From Macrostomum lignano (Eukaryota), in the NCBI GenBank assembly GCA_002269645.1, contig NIVC01000011.1:1-64000 (forward strand): 64,000 nucleotides of DNA. The letters run 5' to 3'. The notes under the pieces are model-generated. The model was not told the origin of the DNA, did not search any database, and saw nothing but the letters and a program-made list of their open reading frames with translations. Made by a program: the position numbers and the translations under genes. Below, piece after piece: positions 36,500-48,801 of this stretch. Position 1 is the stretch's first letter. The number at the start of each line of letters is the position of its first letter.

Positions 36500-37230
36500 C
36501 GCTTTCTCCCTCCCTCTCCCGCTCTCTCCCTCTCCGCTCTCTCCCTCTCCGCTCTCCGCTCTCTCCCTCTCCGCTCTCTCCCTCTCCGCTCTCTCCCTCT
36601 CCGCTCTCTCTCTCTCCGTTCTCTTTTCCGCTCTCTCCCTCTCCGTTCTCTCCCTCTCCGCTCTCTTTTCCGCTCTCTCCCTCTCCGCTCTCTCCCTCTC
36701 CGCTCTCTCCCTCTCCGCTCTCTCCCTCTCCGCTCTCTCCCTCTCCGCTCTCTTTCCCTCTCCGCTCTCTCCCTCTCCGCTCTCTTTTCCGCTCTCTCCC
36801 TCTCCGCTCTCTCCCTCTTCGCTCTCTTTCCCTCTCCGCTCTCTCCCTCTTCACTCTCTCCCTCTCCGCTCTCTCCCTCTCTGCTCTCTCCCTCTCCGCT
36901 CTCTTTCCCTCTCCGCTCTCTCCCTCTCCGCTCTCTTTCCCTCTCCGCTCTCTCCCTCTCCGCTCTCTTTCCCTCTCCGCTCTCTCCCTCTCCGCTCTCT
37001 TTTCCGCTCTCTCCCTCTCCGCTCTCTCCCTCTTCGCTCTCTTTCCCTCTCTGCTCTCTCCCTCTCCGCTCTCTCCCTCTTCGCTCTCTCCCTCTTCACT
37101 CTCTCCCTCTCCGCTCTCTCCCTCTCTGCTCTCTCCCTCTCCGCTCTCTTTCCCGCTCTCTCCCTCTCCGCTCTCTTTCCCGCTCTCTCCCCCTCCGCTC
37201 TCTTTCCCGCTCTCTCCCTCTCTTCCATGT
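36500..37230. repeat. Pyrimidine-rich minisatellite, 15-bp unit
   Basis: CTCTCTCCCTCTCCG repeats. Confidence 0.95.
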
Positions 37231-37736
37231 CTTCCTCCCTCGTCTTCTCTCTCTTCTCCACCCTCTCCCTCTTTGTCCTCAGCTATCCCCTTTCTCTCCC
37301 CGTTACCTAACTCGTATGTAAATTTACTTTAAAAACTCGGATGCTTTATTCATTTTTAGCTGCATATATAAATATTCGCCTAAATTTTGAAGATCGTCAA
37401 AAGTGTAAAAAAAACCTTCTTGCCCGTTTTTTATAAAGTTACGAAGCCTATTAATTTTTTCTGCTCCAGCGAAGAAAAATTGCTGTAGATTTTTCTGGTC
37501 AAAGCTTCCTGCCTTAGCTAAAGAGAAAAATTTTAGTTCTTGTTTGCTCTTCCTGTTTGCTTGAACAACATGTTAGTTTAAGTTAGTTGGGGCCTGCCTG
37601 TACTGGTAACTACTCACTTTCATCTTCTACGTACTCTTCCTTCGTAGGAGTCTCTTCTTTTTTCATGTTGTCGCTCAGCACTTCATAAATTATGCTAATG
37701 AGTGTGCGAATGCGTGTGGAAACGAGTTGAAGAATT

Positions 37737-37802
37737 CTCTCTCTCTCTCTCTGAAGAAAATTTGATTGTTAGCTAGTCAGGCGCAACACACACACACACA
37801 CA

Positions 37803-37853
<51 letters not shown>
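37737..37853. repeat. (CT)n/(CA)n microsatellites
   Basis: Direct reading. Confidence 0.9.
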
Positions 37854-37855
<2 letters not shown>

Positions 37856-38547
37856 GTCTGCTGTCTGAATTCATTATCGCCTTTCTTAGCAAACACTCAT
37901 CATCTTTCGGGTTTTTTGTAGAATAAAACAGCTATTTTGCTTTACTAAAATGACAAGAACCTCCTACATGTAGGTTTGTCTTATATTAGTTATAAGACTT
38001 GAATCGTACCTAAGTATATATTGAATATTTTCAATGGCTTTCGTGAAAATTTCTGTAGAAATTCTATTGACAGAACTAGAGAAATCTACGTTGTGTGTAT
38101 GCAGTATTAAGCTTCTGTTTTCATGCAACGATGAGGCTATGATGGCGGTCATAAATCATAAAGGTTGTTTCGGCTTGCGTTGTTCTAGCCTATTATAGAC
38201 TGACAAATTAACTAGGGTTTGGCCATAAGCATGCGCGTGCTGCTAACTAAAGATAGAATGAATGGGGGCGGTGAGGGTTACACATGTATAATTCAATGAT
38301 AGCAAGCTTTTGGGCTCGTATGTCTACGATTATTATTAATGTGTTTTCGGCTTTTATCCTTTCCAGTTGTATGTCGATTTATTTATGGAGATTATAAAAA
38401 ATTGTGATATTAGCTATGCTTTGTTTATAATAATAAGATATATGAGTAAAAAGTTTCGGTGCATTGTTAAGCAGTAGTTCCAGGCTAATCTGTGCTAAAT
38501 AAATTTTATGCATTAGTCGTTATTCGTCAACTAGTTGTTTTTGAATT

Positions 38548-39098
38548 TCAAAGAAAAAATCCGGAATTTGAATCATCAGCTTCTAAATTAGCGCCACCGA
38601 CCACTTGATGATGCGTTGACGGCTGTTTGGCTGCCTGTTGCAGCATCAGCCGTGTGCTAGCCTGCCTTGATAGACACCTGTAGCCGAACGAGTCATTAAC
38701 CATGCCTAGATTGACTCGTTTACGGAATCGAACGCTACACACAGCCAGAGTGATTGTAGCCGTTGCCAATGACAACAATAGAGCAGCTGTGCCGCTAGTT
38801 AGTGTCCAAAACAATGGTGAACTCATGCAGACACTGTGCTCATTAGCTTTAAATCTCATAGTTGTCAAGGTATTCTTGTCTGTTTTCTTGCTAACCGCCT
38901 CGGTCTCTGTCGATGGTACACCGTTGCTATTGTCCGCAGTTAGGCAGCCACTACTGTTGCCATATTTGCTAGTTGGTCGAAGCTGTCGTTTGCACAGAAT
39001 GCTGCTCACTCCGAATAGGCAGCTGCCTGCGGCACCACCCGGTTCGGTCCAGTATAGCACAGTTTGTAAAGCGTCTCTTTGACTGGTGCCGCTTTTAC
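38548..39098 (-). CDS. Nested gene, exon 2: end of CTLD-like domain, Ser/Thr stalk, transmembrane helix, cytosolic tail
   Basis: Minus-strand CATACAG acceptor (plus CT at 39099-39100), phase 1. YWTEPGGAAGSCLFGVSSILCKR, then TM LFWTLTSGTAALLLSLATATITLAVCSV followed by RFRKR. Stop TGA at 38548-38550. Confidence 0.7.
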
Positions 39099-39247
39099 CT
39101 GTATGGTTGCATAATTAATGAGTATTAATTTGTGTTGTGCATGTTGGCATATTGAATCGAATTTTCTAACAAAACTGACATTTGGGAAGGGTCTTCAATT
39201 GTGTAGGATAAGCTAATAAAAAAAATTATAGTTCATATTAGACGAGT

Positions 39248-39542
39248 GGGCGTAGTCTTAGTGGTCTAAGGTGGCGCTCTGATGTCCCAGCGCCCAGGCT
39301 CGATTCCAAGTGCAGTCACATTAACTTGGGGCTAAATTGGAATCTCGGCTTGGCTCTGCTCGTGCAATTAACGCCCAGCTTGAGGGCCAACCCCCCCCCC
39401 CCCCAACCCCCAAGGCACAGTGAAGTGTACATGCCTTAACTATAAGTAAAGTTAGGGCCGCTGTACACTTCTGTGTGAGTGTGTGCCTGTGCGTATGACT
39501 GCGTACGTATCCGCACGCTTGTGTGCCTGCTCAGGGGAGTCG
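39248..39542 (+). mobile_element. tRNA-derived SINE, family A, copy 1
   Basis: A box TAGTCTTAGTGG, B box GGCTCGATTCC. The body is shared with the minus-strand copies at 47852 and 49356. Confidence 0.85.
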
Positions 39543-40550
39543 GCGGAATGGGCAGTAATGCCTCTCGCCGGTTATGTGACAATGTCGCTTAAAGTGCGCC
39601 AGGGTGCACGCAGCACGCCTGCCACTAAAAAATATTGGGTTAGACGAAGTGACGAAGACAAGAACAGTAGAGCGTGGAGAATAACGAGCACAAAGAATAA
39701 CTGTCTATTTCGTAAATTGATCGAGATTGGTGCTTGACTTTCGGCAATAGATGAAAAGCAAAAAAAGTCATCTTACTTGATATGCTTTATGCCTGCGTGT
39801 GCCAAATCGAATGTTTGTATAGTGTTTCTTTGTATCAACCAATTAATCTATTAATCAAATGGAAACTACAAAAGTTCTTCATTTGGCTATGCCAGCTTTC
39901 AAAAGCTTTTCAAAGATTGATTCTGTCGGTCTAAGTTATACAACTCTTTAGTTAGCTAAGTTCCACTTTTCTACACAACTGAGAGGGGGTAGGCGGGTTC
40001 AGAATAAGCAAGTTTCACTCGCTGACCCATTGATCAATCGAGGTTTAATTTCGTTATGAAACTCTCTTGGGGGGCGGAGGCTGTGGCTGGATGGAGTTTG
40101 CTTTAGTTTGAGTGCTGGATGCTCTCTTTTTATGCACATTTAGTTTGCATATAGGAGTATATAGTTGCATATAAAACGTGGCTTGTATGCGCAGTACTTA
40201 CTAGAGGCACTAGCTACAGTGTTTTCTTTCAAACGGGACTATTAATTAATTAGAAATTTGCCGTCTTCAGCTGCTAGTAGCTGGGGCGTAGTTTCAAGGT
40301 TCATGTATGTACTTAGCTGTCTGCGCAGTTAATTAATAAGGCCTGATTTAATTACGCCTAAAATTCAGTTCATTATGCGAGCTAGCATAAATTAATTCCT
40401 AATTTGTTAGCTTTGTACCGCTTACGTAAAGTAAAGGTTTTGGACCCCAAAATCAATTTTCAATCCCCTGAAGCTGATTAGACTACGTTTTTTAATAGGC
40501 GCTGAATATTACTAGAAGTAGCCAAAAAAGCCTGTTAAAACGTTATTTAC

Positions 40551-40887
40551 CGCTTTGCCGACGCAATGGAAAGCACAACACTTCGCCGCGTTCGATCTCC
40601 GGATAGTCAGTTGTCATTTAAATCTTGCTGCCCAAATAGAATGATATATTATAGGGGAGCTGTTTCCAAACATAGCGTACTTCGGTTGCGTCAACAGGCA
40701 TTAAGCTTTGACTGCGACAAAACTCATCTGAAGCTTTCTGCGAATTGGCTGGTTGATTTTGAAACAGTCGGAATTGAGTATTTGGTAGAGCCGGGTTTAG
40801 CAGTCCTACAAATGAACTATCAGCTAATACAATCGTCGGAATGTTGGTTAACAACAGTGCTTGGAGAATTGTAAATATGGTCTTCAT
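40551..40887 (-). CDS. Nested gene, exon 1: signal peptide plus C-type-lectin-like domain, with an in-frame TAA at 40618-40620
   Basis: ATG at 40887. Hydrophobic N-terminus MKTIFTILQALLLTNIPTIVLA. FRLFQ...ASDEFCRSQSLMPVDATEVRYVWKQL...FYLG follows the CTLD pattern. The frame continues past TAA (MTTDYPEIERGEVLCFPLRRQS) to AGCG|GTAAAT, a phase-1 donor matching exon 2. Confidence 0.7.
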
Positions 40888-41319
40888 ACTGAATTACGTT
40901 GGTTAGCGGGTTACCAATAGATTCTGCGACTGAAGGAACGCGATTTTTATAGTTTTATTGTCGCTTGTAAAGTTGAAATTTGATCTGAATTCGATCGTGA
41001 TGTTTAGCATTTTATTTTACCCTGTAGACTTGGTCATATCAGCTAATGCTTAAATTTGTCTTCCTGTAGCTAGGAGATCTGCTCTATGCAGTGCAGCAAC
41101 AAAATTGTAAGGCAGGAAATTATATGTTTTATATCGCCCATGAAAGTGTTAGTGCAACATTCACGCGTTTCTCTTTGTATAGGTGAAAAGCTAGCTCGGT
41201 GTTAAGTTTCTTTAGTTTTATTTTTTGAAATTTTTGTGGTATTATGCTGACACTAATTTTAAACATTACCTCTGTGTTACCTCTACAGTTAGTCCTTTTG
41301 TACAGCGCGCAATCCTCTA

Positions 41320-42790
41320 TAGTCCCTTCGTAGGTTGTGCAACCCCTGCAGATTTTTTGTAGGATGTGCAACACCATACAATCCTTTTGTAGGATATAAA
41401 ACACCATACAATCCTTTTATAGAATGTACAACACCACACAATCCTTTTATAGAATGTACAACACCATACAATCCATTCGTAGCATGTGCAACACCATACA
41501 ATCCATTCGTAGGATGTGCAACACCATACAATCCATTCGTAGCATGTACAACACCATACAATCCTTTTGTAGGATATAAAACACCATACAATCCTTTTAT
41601 AGAATGTACAACACCACACAATCCTTTTATAGAATGTACAACACCATACAATCCATTCGTAGCATGTGCAACACCATACAATCCATTCGTAGGATGTGCA
41701 ACACCATACAATCCATTCGTAGCATGTACAACACCATACAATCCTTTTGTAGGATGTGCAACACCATACAATCCTTTTGTAGGATATACAACACCATACA
41801 ATCCTTTTGTAGGATATACAACACCATGCAATCCTTTTGTAGGATATACAACACCATGTAATCCTTTTGTAGGATATACAACACCATACAATCCATTCGT
41901 AGGATATACAACACCATGCAATCCTTTTGTAGGATATACAACACCATACAATCCATTCGTAGGATGTGCAACACCATACAATCCATACGTAGGATGTGCA
42001 ACACCATACAATCCATTCGTAGCATGTACAACACCATACAATCCATTCGTAGGATATACAACACCATACAATCCATTCGTAGCATGTGCAACACCATACA
42101 ATCCATTCGTAGGATGTGCAACACCATACAATCCATTCGTAGCATGTACAACACCATACAATCCATTCGTAGCATGTACAACACCATACAATCCTTTTGT
42201 AGGATATACAACACCATACAATCCATTCGTAGCATGTACAACACCATACAATCCATTCGTAGGATATACAACACCATACAATCCATTCGTAGCATGTGCA
42301 ACACCATACAATCCATTCGTAGGATGTGCAACACCATACAATCCTTTTGTAGGATATACGACACCATACAATCCTTTTGTAGGATATACGACACCATACA
42401 ATCCTTTTGTAGGATATACGACACCATACAATCCATTCGTAGCATGTGCAACACCATACAATCCATTCGTAGGATGTGCAACACCATACAATCCATTCGT
42501 AGGATGTGCAACACCATACAATCCTTTTGTAGGATATACGACACCATACAATCCTTTTGTAGGATATACGACACCATACAATCCTTTTGTAGGATGTACA
42601 ACACCATACAATCCATTCGTAGGATATACAACACCATACAATCCATTCGTAGGATGTACAACACCATACAATCCATTCGTAGGATATACAACACCATACA
42701 ATCCATTCGTAGCATGTGCAACACCATACAATCCGTTCGAAGCATGTGCAACACCATACAATCCTTTCTTAAGATGTGAAACACCGTAAA
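41320..42790. repeat. Minisatellite, 30-bp unit
   Basis: ACACCATACAATCCATTCGTAGGATGTGCA with variants. Unit length is a multiple of 3, which explains the long ORFs on both strands. Confidence 0.95.
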
Positions 42791-42976
42791 ATATTTTCGT
42801 AGGATTTGCTATCCCACAGGTCTTTCAATACACTTTGGTATACTCAGCAGCAGGGTAGCTTAATCTCTTCTGTATCATCTCTGTCTTCTTATCTGTAGTC
42901 TTTGATTTTCAATATTCGTCTGCTTAATACATATTCACGCATACTAATTTGTCTTTTTTTTCTTTTCTTTAAACAG

Positions 42977-43795
42977 CAACAGCAACAGCAACAATTGCCA
43001 CTATTGCGCGACTATCAACACTCGCTGGAGCGTTGCCTCGAATGGCTATTCGACGCCGAAGATCTTGTCGCCTCGGCTGCTGACGAGCAAGACGACGACA
43101 ACGACGACGTTGTTGACAACGACGAACTGAACTCGAATCAGCAGCAGCCAGCTGATAGGGTAGCGGAGCCCGTGTCCGAATCCGAGTTGAGCACAGTTCG
43201 CGAAGCTCGCCGGCAGTATCGCGATCACGAAGCAATTGCAGATCAGCTGACTGAGAATCAGGAGGACGTCAGGTGCGTCTTGGAACTGGCTGATGCACTG
43301 CTCACCTCCGGAGAGCTGAGCGGTCCGGCTAGGAAAGAGATTCAGTCGCAGGTGCAGCTGCTCCAGACCCGATGGGACGCGCTCAGACAAGCTGCTGTTG
43401 CTAAAGAGGCTCGACTAAGAAAGCGTCTGGCCGCGCTTCAAGAGCGGGATATTCGACGGCTAAGCAGATTTCTGCACTGGGCTGAGGGCCGCATCGAGCA
43501 GGAGACCGTGGGCGGCGTCGGTCCATTTGTAGAAGACATCAAGCGGCAGTTGAGATCGCATCGCGAGTTTCAAGACTACTTGGAGATGCAGGAAGCTCTG
43601 GTAGCGTCAGTGCAGGACGCTCTGGTATTGGACGCCGATGCTAACGGCGAGAGTGGAACGGAAACCCGAATCGAAGGCCTGGCTGCTAGATGGACAGACA
43701 CCATGGCTTATAATTCTGAGCGATTCTCAGATCTGCAATCGGCCTTGCTGGCTTGGAGACAATTTGAAGAGGATGAAAGCTTGCTTAGAGATGTG
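42977..43795 (+). CDS. DMD: Dystrophin exon, spectrin repeats 1-2
   Basis: LRDYQHSLERCLEWLFDAED (cf. LDRYQTALEEVLSWLLSAED), IQSQVQLLQTRWDALR. 819 nt, phase 0-0. Confidence 0.92.
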
Positions 43796-44776
43796 GTGAG
43801 TTGTGACGTTTTTGTAGTTAATGATTTTGCATTTTTTAAATTTCTATTGTCTGATTTTCTGCAAGAAAGGATGCAATTTTAAAGCAGGAAATTCTCCATC
43901 CATAGCATAGTCGGCATAGTGGACAATTTATTTACTAGATAAATGTTCTCAGTTTTGATCTTGTTTCTTTAGTTTTAGTTACATTATATTAAAGAGACAG
44001 TCAAACCATAGACTATAGACATAGCTGTTGTCTATGGTACTCGAGCGATATTCTTCCAAGGACTACAGAAGAACGGGAGAAGAACGGTTTTGCTTTTCGC
44101 CGAAAAAATACGCTACAGTGATAGGAAGTTTTCATTTTTTCAGCACAAAAACTCTTGTTACCATCCACAGGAGGCAGACTCAATATTCATCTTTTGATAT
44201 GTTGTGCCTTTCTTTATAACTCTAAAAAAAGGATTCTATGTTAATTTTGTATTCTACGTGCATTCCCTGTACCTAAAAATCTTTAAAATGCATGGCACAG
44301 TTCGACTATTTGGTTTTATGAATCTGTTTTATTATCTTTGTTACACATATTGTTACACAATCAGCTAAGAATGACAATATAGATTCATAAAACCAATGAG
44401 TCAAGCCATGCCATTTTAATGGCGTTTAGGCACAGGACATGTGCAATCGTATGTAGAATAAAATTTAACATAGAATCCTAGTTTTCTGAACGATAAACTT
44501 TATGAATATCAATAAAGCTATATGACAGGCACAACATATCTCCGTAGTGTACTTTTTCGGCGAAAACCAGCCTCATTAACATTTTCTAAGAAACAGTTCT
44601 TTGTATTATTAATTGTTGATCACGGTGTCGCAATAAAAATCAGGAAAACAATGCTGTCCAAATAACAAAACAAACAATGCCTGTCTTAGCGTCAGTAGAC
44701 TTGGTTGCTCATCTGAATACTTGCTAACTAATTAGTGACAGTAGTAACATAAATTAACAACCCTTCCCCGTCGCAG

Positions 44777-45052
44777 GTGTTCTCATCGGATACCCAAGAA
44801 GCGAAGGTGAAATCACTATCTAGCTGCGTGCGCAAGCTGGAGACCACAGCCGAAGAAGTGACGTCAGCCTGTCACGACAATCCGAAATGTGCGGAAGCGC
44901 TGCGTCAAAAATTAGCCAAATGGAAGGCTGGCGATTTTGGCGATTTAAAACCGGCGATGCCGATTTCGGCTGGCGGAGGCGGCAGCGGCGGCGACTCTGC
45001 TGGCGAGGACAAAGACCTTGGGGATAGCGAAGTGGACGATTTGAACTATAAG
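44777..45052 (+). CDS. DMD: Dystrophin exon (spectrin repeat/hinge)
   Basis: CCCCGTCGCAG acceptor, AAG|GTTGGT donor, 276 nt, phase 0-0. Confidence 0.75.
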
Positions 45053-45571
45053 GTTGGTTGGAAAAGAATATACGTTTTTTGGTGATAACCTTCAAGCTCT
45101 GTTATCGAAGTTGAAATCAATGGCTTGATTACAATCATATAGTATGGTAACTGTACGGTGCTTTTTAGCCTGGCTATCCAATAAATTCATCAATTCCCGC
45201 TTTGTTTTTTGTTAGAAAACATGAAATAGTCTATGGTACTCGCACTGGGTAGCCCCAAAACCAACTCTCCTCACTCTCAAAGTGTAGCTCTGACAAAAAT
45301 GTCTATGGTAAACTATCGAAGCTTTAAGAGCATTCAATTGAAGACACGGCCAATCTTATTCAACCCATGCTTCGACGATTGTCTATGGCCGAAACCGTGT
45401 ATGAGGAGAGCAGTTGCATGAATTCGGGCTTTAATTTGGGTATTTTGCGACGCATGTCTAAGCCTTAGCGTCTATGGGCTCGTGACTGGCTATGGTTGTC
45501 ACAGCGATATAGTCTATGGGCCAAACTGCGGCTCCTATAACAATGCAATATTGTCTTTCTCAACCAAACAG

Positions 45572-46120
45572 GTTCGCAGTCTGCTAGACTGGTTCGATCG
45601 CATTGAATCAATGCTAGAATTGACATCGCTAACACACAGCGCTCGTAGCAGCCTAATGGAAGCCAGTCGGCGTAGCCTTCATCAACAGCAGTCTCAGCAG
45701 GACTCAGCATCCGCTGCAGCTAGCGGCGATGCTGCCGAGAAACTATCAGCCGATCAGCATCGCCTACTCCTAGACGATATTCGCGACGAATTAAACACCT
45801 GGGAGCTTCGTCTGGTTGCTGTCAGGCAGCTGGGCGATTCCTGCATATCGCAGGGTCGCGTGCCAGCCGAAAGCGCTTTGGAAATTCAGGAACTGTTAGA
45901 AGAGATTGAGCAGCGTTGGACAGAGCTGAGCGCTGTGTGGCAAGACTGTCAGCGGCGGGCCGCGGTGGCCGATCGAGTCAGAGGATTCTACGAGTGCCTT
46001 ACCCAGCTGAGGCTGGCGTTGAACCGTCAGCGGGACTTCCTGCAGAGCGCGGCCGGGCAGAGAGGCGGTCAGCTGGCGCCGCTGGCCGAGGCGGCTGCAG
46101 AGAGGCTGGCAGAGATGAAG
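45572..46120 (+). CDS. DMD: Dystrophin exon (spectrin repeats)
   Basis: VRSLLDWFDRIESML...IEQRWTELSAVW. 549 nt, phase 0-0. Confidence 0.85.
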
Positions 46121-46246
46121 GTCAGTCAGTGTCAGGCAGCTGTTGTATTTTTAGCTGTAGATCTATGAAAAATCCCTCTAAGAGATGAGGGGGTTAGTCG
46201 GAGCCGCTGTGCACCTTGTGTGAGCGTGTGTATGTATGAGTGCCTA

Positions 46247-46480
46247 GGGGGGGTTTTAGCCTAGTGGTCAGAGCGTCGGACTCATGACTTGAAGGTCAGG
46301 GGTTCGATTCCCGATCCCACTTGGAACAGTCTGTGTCATTGAGCAAGACATTTAACTCTGCATTGCTTTCAGTTTACCCAGCTGTAAAATGGATGCCAGC
46401 ACTAGCTAGCTGGGGAGTAATTGAGGGTGTGTGTGGTGACCCCCCAGTCCTTCGACTGAGATGTCAGTTGCACATCTCGC
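46247..46480 (+). mobile_element. tRNA(Met-like)-derived SINE with a CORE/MIR-like central domain
   Basis: TAGCCTAGTGG A box, GACTCATGA anticodon loop, GGTTCGATTCCC B box. Then GTGTCATTGAGCAAGACATTTAACTC...CAGTTTACCCAGCTGTAAAATGG, resembling the MIR core GTGACCTTGGGCAAGTCACTTAACC...CAGTTTCCTCATCTGTAAAATGG. Confidence 0.8.
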
Positions 46481-46535
46481 CATTTGGGGCAGTTGTAATC
46501 ACTAATAACTATCATATTATTAATATCAATTTCAG

Positions 46536-47138
46536 GAACTGGATCCTCAGCATCGAGACTTGGCCACTCGCCTATCTGAACTGCAGTGCAGCTTAGGCTC
46601 CAGTGCATCTTCAGCTACTAGGGAGGCTACTACTACTACTACTAATAACAACGGCGCTAGTAGTAACGTTGGCGAGCAAGCCTCGAGAACTCAGCAGCTA
46701 GTAGAGCGAGACTATGCCGAGTTCAGCGCCGATTGGCTGGCCACCTTCGACGCGCTGGCTGAGCTGCACAAGCGGGCGAGTCGGGAACAGCGCGACCCCC
46801 TGTGGCGCCTGATCGGCGAGACCGAGGCCTGGTGCGACGAAGTTGCTCAACTGCTTCGCCGGCCAATCGCCGTCGCCTCCGATGAGGACAATGACGGCAA
46901 CGAAGAAGGCGGCGGCCTGACGGAGCGGCACCGACACTTGACTAGCCTGGTGGCTTTGCTGCAACGGCGAGGCGGCGAGAGCCTCACACGGCTGGAAGGT
47001 CTGGCAGCGGACCCCAGCCAGCCAGACAGGCAGACAGCTGCCGGGGCGCTCATCCGGCGCTTGTCGGATTTGGCTAGCAGAGCGGAGAGTCGGGCCAAGT
47101 TTGTCGGCGATCTGGTGGCTAAGAGGGCGAAGATTTGC
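46536..47138 (+). CDS. DMD: Dystrophin exon (spectrin repeats)
   Basis: ELDPQHRDLATRL...LIGETEAWCDEV. 603 nt, phase 0-0, TGC|GTGAGT donor. Confidence 0.82.
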
Positions 47139-47851
47139 GTGAGTTTACTGGCTGCTATGGTTTTATATAGACAGGCCTGTGTGTACCCTGGTGCACTTTA
47201 AGCATTCTAATTAAATTAATTGAGATTGAGAAATGGGCAAGGGTTGCTTGCTGATGACTAACATGGCCTGATTTTGCAGGATAATCTATCAAGAGATAAG
47301 AGAAGATAAGAATTCAATCGATAGTTTAATCTTACAATTATAGTAAACTCAGTGCGCAAAGAAATTGGGTAATAAAGTAGCTATAAAATGGTATTATTTT
47401 TTATCTACAAGTACATACAGCCGACGGGGTCAATCGACTCTTCAGCGTGCAGGAATGACTTTATTGAACACGATAATGTAGGTAATTATGTTAGGAATAC
47501 ATTTAAGCCAGTAAGGGCTTCATATACTAATAAGAAAGTGAACTGACTTCATAAGAATGGGGCAAGGGTTGCTGATTTTGACCATGGTTGATATTGATAA
47601 CGGGATTGAAGTCAAGAGATAACAGAAGATAAGCAGAATCAATCAATCGATAATTTAATTGTAATATCAAGATAAAGAAACTGTAAAAAACTGAGTTTAA
47701 ATTGATTGATCTGATAGCTAATTAGCGCCCCTTTGACCTCGCAATGTGAAACTGAAAGTATAAAAACCATAAGATTATTCACGGCCTTGTGTACGTACAA
47801 ATTTCTTATCTATATAGCTCGTAAAGGGGTCGATCGGCTATGTTACACAAT

Positions 47852-48110
47852 CGACTCCCCTGAGCAGGCACACAAGCGCGCGGATACGTACGCAGTCATA
47901 CGCACAGGCACACACTCACACAGGAGTGTACAGCGGCCCTAACTTTATTTATCGTTAGGCATGTACACTTCACTGTGCCTTGGGGGTTGTTCCTCAGGCT
48001 GGGCGTTAATTGCACAAGCAGAGCCAAGCCGAGATTCCAATTTAGCCTCAGATTAATGTGACTGCACTTGGAATCGAGCCTGGGTAGGGTTAGACCACCA
48101 GAATACGCCC
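47852..48110 (-). mobile_element. tRNA-derived SINE, family A, copy 2
   Basis: Reverse complement of 39248-39542, with a shortened tRNA head. Confidence 0.85.
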
Positions 48111-48239
48111 CCTGTTTTATAGGGACACAAATGCTTAATTTGAAAATTATCTAAGTTTAATATCATTAGATAGGTTGCTTGCTTCTATGTCGAGAAGATG
48201 TTTGATATAAAGTGTATATCAATGCATTGCGATGTGGGT

Positions 48240-48445
48240 ATTTTAATGCATTTCGATAGGGATATTTCAATGCATTAGGATAGGGGTATTTCAATGCATG
48301 AGAATAGGGGTATTTCAATGCATTAGAATAGGGGTATTTCAATGCATTAGGATAGGCGTATTTCAATGCATTAGGATAGGGGGTATTTCAATGCATTAGG
48401 ATAGGGGTATTTCAATGCATTATGATAGGGGTATTTCAATGCATG
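48240..48445. repeat. Minisatellite, 24-bp unit
   Basis: AGGATAGGGGTATTTCAATGCATT. Confidence 0.9.
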
Positions 48446-48489
48446 AGAACTTGATTCTGAGCATCCCGCAAAACCAACTCACAATTCAG

Positions 48490-48801
48490 TCGCAACTACA
48501 AGAGCTCGAGAACTGGTCCATGGACATGAGCGAATTCGCCAACACTCTGGCTTTGGTTCGCGTCGAATCTCGCGCCGATTTGAAATCTCAACTAGCCGAA
48601 TTAGACGGCGCCATTGCCGACGTGCTGGCGCTGGCGCCAAAAGCTAGCGCTGTTCGCGATTTAGTCGGCGAGCTGGCCGCCTATTGCGAAGAGAATTATC
48701 GGGCGGCGCTTAGCGCCAGGTCCGAATCGGTTGCTAACGGATTGGCGCCGGTGCAGCAGCGGTTGGAAGCGCAACGAGCAGAGCTGTGCGCCAGACTCGA
48801 G
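48490..48801 (+). CDS. DMD: Dystrophin exon (spectrin repeat)
   Basis: SQLQELENWSMDM. 312 nt, phase 0-0, GAG|GTAAAG donor. Confidence 0.8.

Noticed and set aside
36373-37332. LSPSP / RSLPL / ERAER ORFs (also at 48936-49448)
   Set aside because: CT-rich repeat artefacts.
1-41000. RNF213-like and lectin genes as a functional immune cluster
   Set aside because: They are 25 kb apart, on opposite strands and separated by transposons; nothing in the sequence indicates co-regulation.
44000-45530. Recurrent GTCTATGG / CCATAGAC motifs as ends of one element
   Set aside because: A dystrophin exon lies between them and no TSD or consistent TIR pair could be defined.
46247-46320. Possible tRNA-Met gene
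   Set aside because: The acceptor and anticodon stems pair poorly and the sequence runs straight into a SINE core. The same applies to the heads at 39248 and 48110.
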